A DNA stretch of 64,000 nt from NCBI GenBank assembly GCA_965235115.1, contig OZ249436.1, positions 43,526,001 through 43,590,000 on the forward strand, in the 5' to 3' direction. The position numbers were made by a program, and so were the translations under genes. This stretch comes from Laetmonice hystrix. Its lineage: Eukaryota. Below the pieces are notes generated by a model. That model saw nothing but the letters and a program-made list of their open reading frames with translations, did no database searches and was not told where the DNA came from. Position 1 is the stretch's first letter. Every line of letters begins with the position of its first letter. Shown piece after piece: positions 25,914 through 37,579 of the stretch.

Positions 25914-27907
25914 ATGTCAGTAATTTTTAGTGAAGTTAAGTCGGCCTATACATGGCTTGTTTTGTTCTGGCTGGTATACATAGGTCCTTTCCGTCTGTTC
26001 CTGTGTCCGGGGTGTTCGTGTTTTATTGTTATACCTTCAGAAGACCAGGTGAGGATGGGAGAGAACAGTTGTAGTAAACGTGTACCCTCGTCCAACAGTC
26101 TTCCCGTTCTAATAAAGTGATCTGTGACGGTTCATAACCATTATATCCGTTTACTCTAGTGCCTGTTTTTGTGTAAACGACGTATTTGATAATCGTCGCA
26201 ACTCTTTTAACCTATTGGTAAAGTAAGCTGAAAGACGATGGGGAACGTGTCTTTTATCCCCGGGTGGGGGCGTTGTACAGCATCCCCTGCCAGGCTTCAA
26301 GCTAGAAATAACTTCCTAATACGTAGATCTAGTACGTTAATCGATGATTTTGAGTGTGCCTGCAGAGACGCCCCCTGGCCCGCCGCCCTTTGTACAGTAT
26401 TTTGAGCTTGATCATTTATTTCCCCCTTTTATTCTGTTTTTGCCACTGATTTTGCAACTCGCCTCCACTTCTGTAGCCGCACTCTCCACGGAGGTTGGTT
26501 TTAGTTGTCAAGTACACCACCAGGTGGCGGGTAGCTTGGGCTCACGGGCCGGGAGTTCCGCCTTTAGCAGTTTCCCCCATGCCGGAGGTAACCGTCAGAT
26601 GGCGCCAGATGTAGATCTGTAGCGCCCTCATGTAGGGTATTTTTCTGTTTCTGTAATCCATTCTCACACTCGAATCCTTTCGGCAATCTTCGGCAATCTT
26701 CGTTCGTTCGGGGAAAGCACTCTCACAGATTACATATCACTCACGGCCCAAATAGGAACATGCGCGCCACCTCACTCGTTAGCTTACTACACCAGTGACA
26801 TAAAGTAGGCCTAGGCCTATCGAAGAGGGGCATCAAGCAGTGATATTTCTTTATTTAAACTTACGCTGGGTGTTTGTCTTTCGATTAACCACCGGTTCGG
26901 CTACTGTCACGGGGAAATCCGCCATATGACTTCTCAAAAGAAATAGGCCTAGTTCGGCAAGCGGTGCCTGGTCCCTGCGGCTTACCCAGGGTCCCGTGCA
27001 TGATGTGTGAGCGTTCATTTCAGCAAATGGGCGCGAATGTGAGCGTGTCTGTAATCGTTATCAACCTGCCTCTGCTACACGAAGAAGGGGGTTGGGCACT
27101 CGGAGACTTCCGAACTTTTGTTAAACATAGAAAGCATTTTTAATTCGCTGTAGTATAGTGGGCGCGGGGAATCCGAACATCTACCCCGGCCAACAACCGA
27201 CGTCTTTTCCATACAAACATGAAAAACTCGGGGAGCATGAACGTGACCCCCCCCCCCCCCCCCCATGTTCTGTGATGAGAATATAGTGTCAAAGTGAGGT
27301 TCGGTGACTGGTCCTCGCCTCTTCCATGTGGGAGGCCTACGTGTATTTCTGGCCTTCCGCCATTGTAGTCTCAATCAACAGAATTGGTCAAATCATTTAA
27401 ATATTCCTCTCCACACTGACAATCCCTGTATACCGCCCTGATCTACATGTAGCACAAGTCTGTATAATCTAGGTATTATGCCTAATGTCGGGGAGCGATC
27501 AAGTTGCCCATGAAAATTCTGGCCAGTACTCCTCCTGGACACAGGAACTGTGCCATGGTCCGACCCTGGGAGATCACCTGTACAGCGGACAGGTAAGCAG
27601 GTGTCTGGGATGCACACGCAGAACCCACCTGTCACGTGATGACCCTCGGCTCCAACGGTCCATGTACGCCCTCTTCTAGGTTACACAATCTCCATATCCA
27701 CTGGAGCTTCGTCACTTCATCACGGAATCCATCGAGAATTACTTACTGAGGCCGACTTCTATACGACGTAATCCATCGGGGATTGAGGTCATAACTCAAA
27801 GATCCCTTCCACTGAGAAGGTCTTTCCTACGTCACTCATCCCAGCTTCATTGTACGATTTTATCCCCTGGGAAAAAGTGTCATTCACTCACATCCATCCA
27901 TGAACTC

Positions 27908-27977
27908 ATGAAGGGGACTGCGGTAATGTCTGTAATGTTTACGTCACAAATTCTCCTCCTCCTCGTTCTTACCAACA
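27908..27977 (+). CDS. Four-kringle membrane protein, exon 1 (signal peptide)
   Basis: MKGTAVMSVMFTSQILLLLVLTN then phase-1 donor A|GTAAGT; three in-frame ATGs (27908, 27926, 27935). Confidence 0.7.
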
Positions 27978-28113
27978 GTAAGTATGAAGTAACCAAAAAT
28001 ATACCGCAGAGTTTTAGTTGTCTTAAGTCTCCAGAGGCATTGCTTCCGGTATTTCAGCTGATCGTTCAAATTGGATAAGTTAAATAAATGTACATCCTCA
28101 TGTTTTGCTGCAG

Positions 28114-28158
28114 TCGACCAGAGGTGTTATGGACAGTATCAGGAAACTTCTACTCAAG
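28114..28158 (+). CDS. Four-kringle membrane protein, exon 2
   Basis: tgcag|...CAAG|gtatgg, phase 1-1, (I)DQRCYGQYQETSTQ; plausible cleavage after CYG. Confidence 0.7.
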
Positions 28159-28162
28159 GTAT

Positions 28163-28164
<2 letters not shown>

Positions 28165-28237
<73 letters not shown>

Positions 28238-28244
28238 TCTCTCT

Positions 28245-28275
<31 letters not shown>

Positions 28276-28288
28276 ATATATCTCTCTC
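28165..28288. repeat. (CT)n microsatellite in intron 2
   Basis: Direct inspection. Confidence 0.97.
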
Positions 28289-28406
28289 CTAAAGTATAGG
28301 CCTACATAAGCGATTCCACGAGAATAACTATAGATAACGGGGGGGGGAGGGTACGAATTTACTCCAGTAGATTTTGCTGTCCATATTGTCATCATTGTGA
28401 CGTCAG

Positions 28407-28661
28407 AATGCCGGCTGACTATCGGCGCTCACGAGTTCCGGGGTACGTTAAACGTGACGACTTCCGGTGTGCCATGCCAACGGTGGGACGCACAGACTCC
28501 ACACGGTCACCCATTCACGACAGCAGACGACTTCCCAGACGCCACGCTCGCAGACGCCGCTAACTTCTGTCGTAACCCAGACCGAGGTTGGCATGGAGGG
28601 CCCTGGTGCTACACCACACGACGTGCCACGCGCTGGCAACACTGCAACGTGCCGTTCTGTG
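28407..28661 (+). CDS. Kringle domain 1 exon
   Basis: ECRLT...FRGT...CQRWD...NFCRNPD...GPWCYTT...WQHCNVPFC; six Cys; 255-nt phase 1-1 exon with AG/GT. Confidence 0.93.
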
Positions 28662-28783
28662 GTACGTCATCACGTGACTCACGTCCCGACAATCAGAAAT
28701 GTTGTCAGAAAGGAGGTGTCTTAGTGCCTACCTTGACGTGCTTTCTCTTAGGCCAATGTTACAACGTTAAGTTTCTATTTCAG

Positions 28784-29038
28784 AGTGCAAGACGGACATG
28801 GCTGGCTTCAGTTACCTCGGGATGAGGTCGACAACGGTATCTAACATCACGTGCCAGAGGTGGGACGCTCTGTCCCCGCACGAGCATAACTTTACGAGGG
28901 ACAACCAGTTCCCGGACACGGACATTCTGGATGCCGCCAACTCGTGCCGGAACCCGGCGGTCAGCAGACCGTCCGGGCCTTGGTGTTACACTACGTCGGC
29001 GGCTGTCGTCTGGCAGTACTGTGACATCTCTCTCTGTG
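28784..29038 (+). CDS. Kringle domain 2 exon
   Basis: ECKTD...YLG...CQRWD...NSCRNPA...GPWCYTT...WQYCDISLC; 255-nt phase 1-1 exon. Confidence 0.93.
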
Positions 29039-29633
29039 GTAGGTGTGACAGACAGACATACCGACAATTGATACATTGTGGGGATTTTGCATGTGGGGTG
29101 AAATCGTCGGTACGATTGTAACATTGTGGGGTCAGGTTTTTGTACTAACAAAAGGTACGTAGTGGGGTAGTTTCAGACAAGACGTTGTGGGTAGATCTTT
29201 TTTTGTCTGAGCCGTCTTGTGGGGTTTTCAGCATGCGGGGTGAATAATATACAGGTTCTTGTGGGGTGATAATTACTTGTCTGGGCGATTTCGTGGGGTG
29301 TTAGTTAGTGGGGTGAATCATACATTGGGCGTTCTGGGGTGACAATGTTTTGTCTGAGCGATTTTCTGGGGTTTTAGTTAGTAGGGTGAATCCTAGATTT
29401 GCTGTTCCGGGGTGAATATTTTCTTTAGCAAACACCCCCCCCCCCCCCACGTCACCGCCACAGGTCGTGGCCGTCACATTTTCCACATAGACAGCTTCTC
29501 AGGCCCTCTGATCGTAGGCATCTGCCGGTACAGTAAGGGGCCTGTGTATCTGACAGGCTAAGCTTATAGGCACAGGGTCCTTTCGCACACAGCCTGTTTG
29601 CATGAATCCAATGATTCCGGGAGTCCAGAATAA

Positions 29634-29848
29634 AGGCTGGATTCCACTAAGCCGATTTACATCCAATCAGCCACCCGATTGACGATAAAATGTATCCGAT
29701 ATTTGCGGCCAAAGAAAAATATATATCCAATCTTTACAAATTAAATGTCCTTTAATGATTTCATGACACAAATTACCAATAATTAACCAAGAAGTTAAGA
29801 AAACCGGATGGCCGATCGGATTTAAATCGGCTTAGTGGAACACGGGCT
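29634..29848. mobile_element. Harbinger-like MITE
   Basis: TAA on both sides; TIR core ttccactaagccgattt / aaatcggcttagtggaa. Confidence 0.75.
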
Positions 29849-30147
29849 TAAGTTGGCTAGCAGTTTAACAACTGTTCACCCTTGGTGGTCAATCATGTAG
29901 AACTATATAGGCCTGTGTTGATAAAGTTCACTGAGAAATAAACATGTAGATGTAAATCTTTATTTACCTTCGGAAATCCGACAACAAATAATCACAAGAG
30001 ATCGACTGGTTACCCCTTTTCACAGCTGACTTGTGAACCTTTGCGCTAGAATTATTTCACGCCATTCACAGTACAATGGCGAGTTGGAATAATCAAATAT
30101 CAACAAAACTGCACTTTCGAGAGTGTATACGTTTAAATATATACCAG

Positions 30148-30314
30148 GGCCCGTTTTCAGAAAGGTTAGCATGATCTTAACTTAAGCTGCTTAGCCTTTT
30201 AGGACCCCTGATTGGCTGGTTGAAGCTGAGCAGCAGAGAACCAGCCAATCAGGGGCCCTAAAAGGCGAAGCAGAGCTTAGGTTAAGTTCCTGCTAACCTT
30301 TCTGAAACCGGACC
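30148..30314. mobile_element. Palindromic Harbinger-like MITE
   Basis: CAG TSD; GGCCCGTTTTCAGAAAGG TIR; empty site visible in the duplicate at about 30645. Confidence 0.85.
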
Positions 30315-30626
30315 CAGACCTTCTTTTTTCGCATTCGACTAACTACGTTTGATAATATTAACCCTTGGTAGTCCATCATGTAGAACTACATATAGGCCTA
30401 TGTTGACTGAGTTCACTGAGAAATAAACATGTAGAATAAATCTTCATTCATAAAGATAGGTCTATTCGTTAGAAATCCGACAACAAATAATCACAAGAGA
30501 TCGACTGGTTATCCCTTTTTTTCAGTTGACTTGTGAACCTTTCATCAAATCTACCTGACCGTCATTCCTTAAAATGGTGAAACCAACAACAAAACTGCAC
30601 TTTACACAGTGTATGTATACATACGT

Positions 30627-30862
30627 TTAGTGCGTTATCATATACCAGACCTTCTTTTTGACATTCGACCAACTACGTTTGAAAATCAAACCATTTTCCT
30701 GTCTGCTTTTTGCCATTGCCCTCGGGCAGTCTTTCTGTCGTGGGCAGGTTTTCTTTGAGAAGAAATCGGCAAACAGTCGTCGTAATTCGTCTTTCTCTTC
30801 TGTTGTCCACGTCACCCTGACCGCTGCTTTTCTTTTTCTCTTTTTCCCCCTCAACTCCTCAT
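30627..30862 (-). CDS. PWWP-SANT/Myb-like protein, last exon (basic patch plus SANT/Myb-like domain)
   Basis: acag|AT GAG..., DEELRGKKRKRK...VTWTTEEKDELRRLF...CP...RSWSNVKKKVWYMITH*. Confidence 0.75.
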
Positions 30863-30931
30863 CTGTCATTGAAATGACAATAGAAGATTTTATGCAAAAG
30901 ATAAAAAGCGACGTACATGCTTTGTAGGGCT

Positions 30932-33863
30932 TAGACAGGAAGTTCTTCCCATAAATGTGGACCCACGGTAGCTTTTATGCCCCAAACACGAAACTTGCAG
31001 TATAAGACCATTTTTTCATGCCGGATTGAATAAGAAATAGGACCAAGCTGAAATATGACCCGAACTACCCGAAATCGAAGGTCAAGGGTCAAGGGCAAAC
31101 GGGGAAATTTTCAAAATCATCGTAGCGAGGTCATCTTAGGCTAAAATGAAAGCTATTGGTGTGCTGAATCGAGAAACTGTGTATCTCCGGCCCCTGTTGA
31201 AATATCTTTACAATATTGGTGTCGTTTTTAGGGTTTTCATGGATGAGGAATTCATATTTGATGCTTCCAAAGCGATCTGACCCACATAACGCCTGCTATT
31301 AGACAGAAAACTCAACTAAATTCCGACCTCAGCTGAGGTCCCATGTTGAGGCAAATCAACATTTTCCACTCCATGGGGTTTTTATTCAGAAATTAAGCAA
31401 AGGATATACCAGACAATAGGCCTACTGGCCCAGAGGAGTTGTTACCGGTGGGGGGGGGGGGGATTAGGCACCAATGGCGTCCAGGCGTGAGTTAAATTTC
31501 AGAGCTGATATGTCAATATATTCTAAGTTGAGAGCATATCATGGCGACATGGCGGTCATATCTGTTTTTGACCCTCAAATAACACTGTAGGCCTACATGT
31601 CCGTAGACAGATTTCAGAAGTGTATGAGCCAACTTGTATGACACGTTACACAATGATCAGGGACGGTCAGAGGATGATGCACATCAAATAGATTTCTGAC
31701 ATCATTCAAAATGGCCACTCGGCAGACATCCTGGATGTAGGCCTAAAACACATTTCGAGCACTGAGTTGGACAAAACCATTCCCGATTTCTTTCAAATTT
31801 GGTGCACAGAAGAAGCATATCAGTGGCAATAGATATATGCCGGTGACTGCATATGGCGACATGACATGTCTCGAAAATGGTGCAAGATAACACAATTATT
31901 ACTATTATTGACAGATAAGAAGTCATATGTGAAGTTTTGTTTGGCGCCATTTTCCATGACCTTGAGTGGACTTCAAAGGTAAATCAAGGTCATGCATATT
32001 TTCAATGGCAATTGACGATGACGACATAATATTGCACGAAACGTTACACTCTAAGAATGACACAGGTCAAACATATTTTGATATCATTCGAAATGGCCAC
32101 TTGGTGGTGAAGGTCATGTCGGATATAAACACATTGGACGCAATAACTTTCAAACGGATTTCTTTCAAAGTTAGTGACAAGAGAAGGCATATGGTTTGTG
32201 TTCAGATTAGATATAAGGCAGCCACATAGTTTCTCTCAACTGAGGTGAGCAAGTCATTTTTTTGTCACGATTTCCGTTTACATTTAGTGACCTTCTGAGG
32301 TAAATTTAAGGTCAGGGACATTTTCGACGATTCAAACACTTCAAGATTACTATAAATTATGGATAAAATGGACTGTATCCGACAAATACAAATTATGCAT
32401 AGTTATTGGACCCACAGATAGTCCCTACACAGTTGGGGGCTGTGACTCATACGGGGTCTTGTTTATATATTAATTCGCATGCACGTTGTACGAATATATG
32501 GACTACAGATGTGATGACATAAGTACCATAAATAATGAAAAAGAATGCGCACCTTCAAGAAAAGTTAAGAATTTGCGCGCCAAGCCGACCCCCTTCGGAG
32601 TCGTATAATCAGGAACTATTTACATTTAGCTCACTGCAGAATGACAGGTCCTTGGGGTCCGCAGGTGGGGAAAAATACTCGCCTCGAGGTTAGAACTGAA
32701 GTTTAGGTGAGTAATTATTTGCCCGTCTGGACTTTTCTATGCAAGACAAGTCCAGAGTGTCTAATGGTTTAGGTGTCTAAGTGTCCAACGTCTAATTGCC
32801 CTGGGTTCTCCCCACTGCAATCACCTGACATTTGACCAAAGATCTTATAGTCCATATTGACCTGACTGAGCAGGGTGTCACATCTCAGCCATGCCAGGTA
32901 AATCCCAGCCCCTTATACATCCCCTTATCCCCCTGCATCCTTTGTAAGTGACTGTCATCACTCAAATGTACCACATGTATGGCCTAACCTGGGGATCTCC
33001 AATGCCAAAAGGCAATTGAATATTTTCGTGGTGGAGTCCATTAACTACAGTGAATTTGTCCAGACTCAGTACATGCAGGGATTTAAAGAGGTAAACAGTA
33101 CGTAAGGGTTATCATGGCGTGAATTTGGTGAAGTATATAATTTAGCATGGCAGTTTTAAGGCAAGAACCCAAGATATACCGGGGCAAGTTATGCCTATCC
33201 GCCTGTCCACGGCGATGATCAGCATCAGACTGGGCCTCACCAGGGCTGAAAGTGGGCCAAATTGTCATATTTTGAGCACAGATTCAAAGTAGGGGTGCGC
33301 AGGCTGGGGTGTGCTATCAATTAGCGGTTTTCTAATATACCACATCAAATGGCGGGCATGGAAACTACCGCGGTAGATTTATAAAGAGCCTAGGTTTACA
33401 CGACGCCTAAGCTGAGGTCAGAATTAAGTTGTTTTTTGTCTCATAGCAGGTGTTAGGCCTATGTGGCTCAGATCGCTTTGGAACCATCAAATATGAATTT
33501 CTCATCCATGAAAACCCTAAAAACGAAACCAATACTGTGACGATATCTTATCAGGGGCCGGAGATACACAATTTTCCATTTTCGTGACCTTTTGACCTTT
33601 CTGACCCAGGAATTGACCTTTATGAACGATATTTTGAACTGAAATAATTTTTTCTCGATTCAGCACACCAATAGCCTTCATTTGAGCCTATGATGAGCTT
33701 CCTACGATGATTTTGGAAATTTTCCCTGTTTGCTATTGAGCCGTGACCTTTGACCTCCGATTTCGGGTACTTCTGGTCATATTTCAGCTTGGCACTATTT
33801 CTTATTCAATCCGGCATGAAAAAATGGTCTTATCCTGAGAGTTTGGGAAATACTTCCTGTCTA
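30932..33863. mobile_element. Nested foldback-like element with about 400-bp imperfect inverted arms (ends approximate)
   Basis: About 30932-31335 is the reverse complement of about 33410-33863 (e.g. gaccattttttcatgccggattgaataagaaatag). Confidence 0.75.
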
Positions 33864-34363
33864 GGTTCTGGGGATAGGGCTGAACAGGACGGGGTGTAGA
33901 CGGGCTGGGAGGAGGCGGGGCGGAGGGGCCGTGTGGGGCAGGGGGCACACAGGCCAGGGAAGGGGGGGGGGGTATGGCAGTAGGACTGAACAAGACGGGC
34001 TGGGAGAAGGCGAAGGGTCCGACGACGCATAATGTAGAATTATCTTTTGTTGACGCATAATGTAAAAACTGTGGCCGCATAATGTGATAAAAGCGCATAA
34101 TGTTGAAATCAACCCATAATGTAAAAACTTCCAACGTGTAACAAACAGGGGATACACAGGAGAGGTGTATTGGAGGAGATCGGAACCGGCCAGGTCACTA
34201 AACGGCCTGGGAGAACGCCGCGATCAGGCATTAGTGGAGCCCCCATTCTTTGGAATAAATGGAATAGTCGTACTATTTCACTCTAGTCGCATCATGAAGG
34301 TAACAAACATCGAAACCACTCGAATCTACCCGACTTCATATATCTCATATTGAAAAAGATTAC

Positions 34364-34432
34364 CTGGGGATTCACTTCCATCTGAGGTGTCCTCGGGCAG
34401 ATCCGGAATCCATTCAGGGTCCGTAACGGAGT
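34364..34432 (-). CDS. PWWP-SANT/Myb-like protein, exon 4
   Basis: ctgcag|...CCAG|gtaatc, phase 1-1, DSVTDPEWIPDLPEDTSDGSESP. Confidence 0.7.
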
Positions 34433-34677
34433 CTGCAGGTCAAGGCACGTGAAAGAATTAAATGCAGCAGGTGACAAACAAAACAGCTATGCCTAGAATG
34501 TAAATTTCCTCTACCATGACTTGTGAAGAAAACACTGGTCTGGTGATGTTAAAAAGGTCAGAATTTAAAAACTTTGGTGATATGGTGCACGTTCATAAAA
34601 TTAAACCACCGCAGTGAAAACGTAAAATAAATCGTCATGACACAGGACACCCTGCTGTTTCTCAAATAAACACATAC

Positions 34678-35010
34678 CTGGAAGCTGGATTTCCTTTAGA
34701 TTCGCCATGACACCTTCTGTGTTTTCACCTCTTGCCGTAGATTCGTGGGAACCCCCGTCCTGTTCTTTCTCCGCCATCACCATATTTCCTTCACTGTTTT
34801 CTCCTGTTGGTTCCACCGCCATGACACCTTCTGTGTTTTCACCTCTTGTCGTAGATTCGTGGGAACTCCCATCCTGTTCTGATGCCTGCATTCTCCCTCC
34901 AGTTTTCTCCTCTGTTTCTTTTCCATGGGATTTCCTCTGCGCTAGTTCTGTTTTTCCCAGCTCCACATCGCCATTGAATTTCAATAGCCAAGGATGCCTT
35001 TTGAGTTTGT
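34678..35010 (-). CDS. PWWP-SANT/Myb-like protein, exon 3 (PWWP terminal helix plus acidic linker)
   Basis: tttttag|...CCAG|gtatgt, phase 1-1, DKLKRHPWLLKFNGDVELGKTEL...; contains a duplicated EQDG.SHEST.RGENTEGVMA motif. Confidence 0.7.
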
Positions 35011-35166
35011 CTAAAAAAATGCAGACATACATTTTGATGTAGGCTGATGTAGCTGTAGGAAATTGGAAATCTTATTTGGTTGCAACAGCTCTCATCTGCT
35101 AGGCCTACAGGTGCGCCTTTAAAAGCTTCGCCCGCAAGAAAGTGTCATTCATGAATATATATTATG

Positions 35167-35617
35167 AAATAATTGCCAATCATATTCCTCCTAGGCACCG
35201 GTAGCCCAGGAGGAGGGGAGTCTGGGGGTACCATTCATTAGTCCCCTTGCCCCGTAGGGGACTGTGAGTAAAACTTCGGGTGGACCCCTTATAAATGCTA
35301 TAAAATAGCCAAAATTGACCCAACTTCATTAGCCCACCATGACCCTTTAAAATAATTGCCAATCATTTTCCTCCTAAGCACCGGTAGTCCAGGAGGAGGG
35401 GAGTCTGGGGGTACCATTCATTAGTCCCCTTGCCCCGTAGGGGACTGTGAGTAAAACTTCGGGTGGACCCCTTATGCTATGAAATCGCCGAAATTCACCC
35501 AACTTCATTAGCCCACCATGACCCTTTAAAATAATTGCCAATCATTTTCCTCCTAGGCAGTGGTAGCCCAGGAGGAGGGGAGTCTGGGGGTACCATTCAT
35601 TAGTCCCCTTGCCCCGT
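35167..35617. repeat. About 181-bp tandem repeat, 2.5 copies
   Basis: aaataattgccaatcat...ggaggaggggagtctgggggtacc recurs three times. Confidence 0.9.
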
Positions 35618-35735
35618 AATTTCGAATCGTATCCTAGGTGGCGAATCAGATCCTGCGTTCGCGAATCGTGAACCGTGTACCGTGAACCAGATCCTAACTT
35701 CACACTGCTGAGAAAGCGCCGGACAAACTGGCATA

Positions 35736-36587
35736 TATCGGGTGGATAAAAAAACGCCCCGAACTTCAAACTTCAATATTTCAAAAAGTGATGATTGTAA
35801 TTCAAAGAATTTTTTCTTAATATCACTTCATGATGTTGTCTCTTAGTTGTTATTGTTACAACTCAATAGCTTAGATAATATTTCCGTGGCGCTAAAAACA
35901 AAAATCATTGTACAAAAGCGCAATGCCGGGCTAAAGCGAGTTGTAGTCGCACCCGGAGTCCCTGGCCTCACACTAGAGTAGGTGGTCAATCGGTCCCCTG
36001 TTTTCACTTCATATTGCTCTCAGTCTCTTTTTCCATGAGCCAATGCACTTCTTGATCCCTGATAGGGAAATATCTTCCCAACATTGGGAAATATGCAACG
36101 TTCTGAACGTGTTGCTAAACGTGATAATGATACGATTTCCCTTGAACTTCTGTTTACAGCCATATCGTCCTAATGTTGCAGTTTCTCTGTAGGGTTTGGC
36201 ACATTAAACATCTGGTTTTCTCTAGAAGTACTAGGAATAGCACATAATTTATTATATCTAGTGGTCCATGACATTATACATATTGTAAAACATGCGAAAA
36301 TTAAATATTGAATTTTTTACCCAAGGTACAACGCAGTGCATCAAACAGGTGTCAAATTGGACACCTGGCAGCTGCATGATATTTGACTTAATTCCGACAT
36401 TGCGCTTTTAGACAATGATTTTTGTTTTTAGCGCCACGGGATTAATATCAAAGCTATTGAGCTGAATCTTTCACATACTAGAGATAATATCATGAAGTGA
36501 TAATATGAGAAATGTTATTGAATTATAATGCATAGTTTTTGAAATATTAAAGTTTGAAGTTCGGGGCGTTTTTTTATCCACCCGATA
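35736..36587. mobile_element. Tc1/mariner-like non-autonomous element
   Basis: TA duplication; TIR TATCGGGTGGATAAAAAAACGCCCCGAACTTCAAACT extending imperfectly about 190 bp. Confidence 0.85.
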
Positions 36588-36736
36588 TAATTTATGATAG
36601 CCTCGAGGAAACCTGGAAAGATTTTGCATCAGGCAAAAAGATATTTTTCTTGCGCTCTATGTTTTATACAACAAGAATAAACACAACTGGAAATCTTATT
36701 TTTTCGAAATACATTAATTGTACACGACCAGGCTAC

Positions 36737-36807
36737 CTTGTCCTTTTGAGATTAATGTTTCTTCAGCATGAAATTTTCGAATATGTCCGGAAAGATTCAC
36801 ACGGATC
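36737..36807 (-). CDS. PWWP-SANT/Myb-like protein, exon 2
   Basis: ccatag|...CAAG|gtagcc, phase 2-1, (R)IRVNLSGHIRKFHAEETLISKGQ. Confidence 0.65.
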
Positions 36808-37091
36808 CTATGGAAAGAGTAGCTTGTTAATAACATAAGGTGATATTTCAGTTTCAGAAATCTGTAAAACCCACAGATTGTCAGAATAGGCTCACCCGGC
36901 CCTTGTCCTATATGTTACTGTCTATAGCAACGTTTTCAAAATTCATATTCTACCTTTATCATGACTTTATTTTGATGCTCGGTTACATAAAATGCATCAT
37001 GAAATCTTTGGCTTCAGCTACTAAACAACTAAGGCGACCCTCACTTACATTACATTATAGTTAAAATATTTACTACAACCAAATTACTCAC

Positions 37092-37234
37092 CGATCATCC
37101 TCATTCCGGAACGCACAGACAAATGTTTTCTTTCTACGCTCTGTGATAATTTCTTCGATCCAACCGGGCCACCACACCCCCATGTCAAGTTTGACCCATA
37201 CCAGGTCTCTCTCCTTAAACCTAGAAGTCGCCAT
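37092..37234 (-). CDS. PWWP-SANT/Myb-like protein, first coding exon (PWWP domain core)
   Basis: MATSRFKERDLVWVKLDMGVWWPGWIEEIITERRKKTFVCAFRNEDD(R); matches the F..gDLVWvK....WWPg.i PWWP signature; acceptor at 37242-37243, donor CG|GTGAGT. Confidence 0.8.
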
Positions 37235-37579
37235 TCTTTTCCTGAAAAGACCCAAAATAGATCATTACATGTAAATCTAAAGTTAGAGTGGTGAGGGTAG
37301 GTAGGAAAGATCCTTTTTAGAACAGAAAAGTGGCGATAGCAAATAAATATCAAATAAAGGGGAATAAAAGTAATTGTAGATCTCAAAATCTACCTGACAG
37401 ACAGTTCCTAAAACACAACATTGCATTATTCGCTATTATTACTTGAAATTATATTGATGAAAACATTGATAGCCGCATATCCAAACTGCCAGAAGATAGC
37501 CACCACGTCGATACTCTCAGTAATGAGAGGTGAGTATAGCATTGATAACCTTTCGTTTCGTTTAGTTGGAGACGGAAAA

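Noticed and set aside
25332..26120. 262-aa hydrophobic ORF
   Set aside because: Translation of the 69-bp tandem repeat
25915..26181. Possible solo LTR (TG start, TATA-like box, AATAAA)
   Set aside because: No clean CA end or target duplication and no second copy in the window
35700..36625. Alternative PWWP exon (GFLEAIINYASLSG) restored by removing the mariner-like MITE
   Set aside because: Runs into a stop with no phase-compatible donor; direct splicing 36737 to 35010 gives a complete frame
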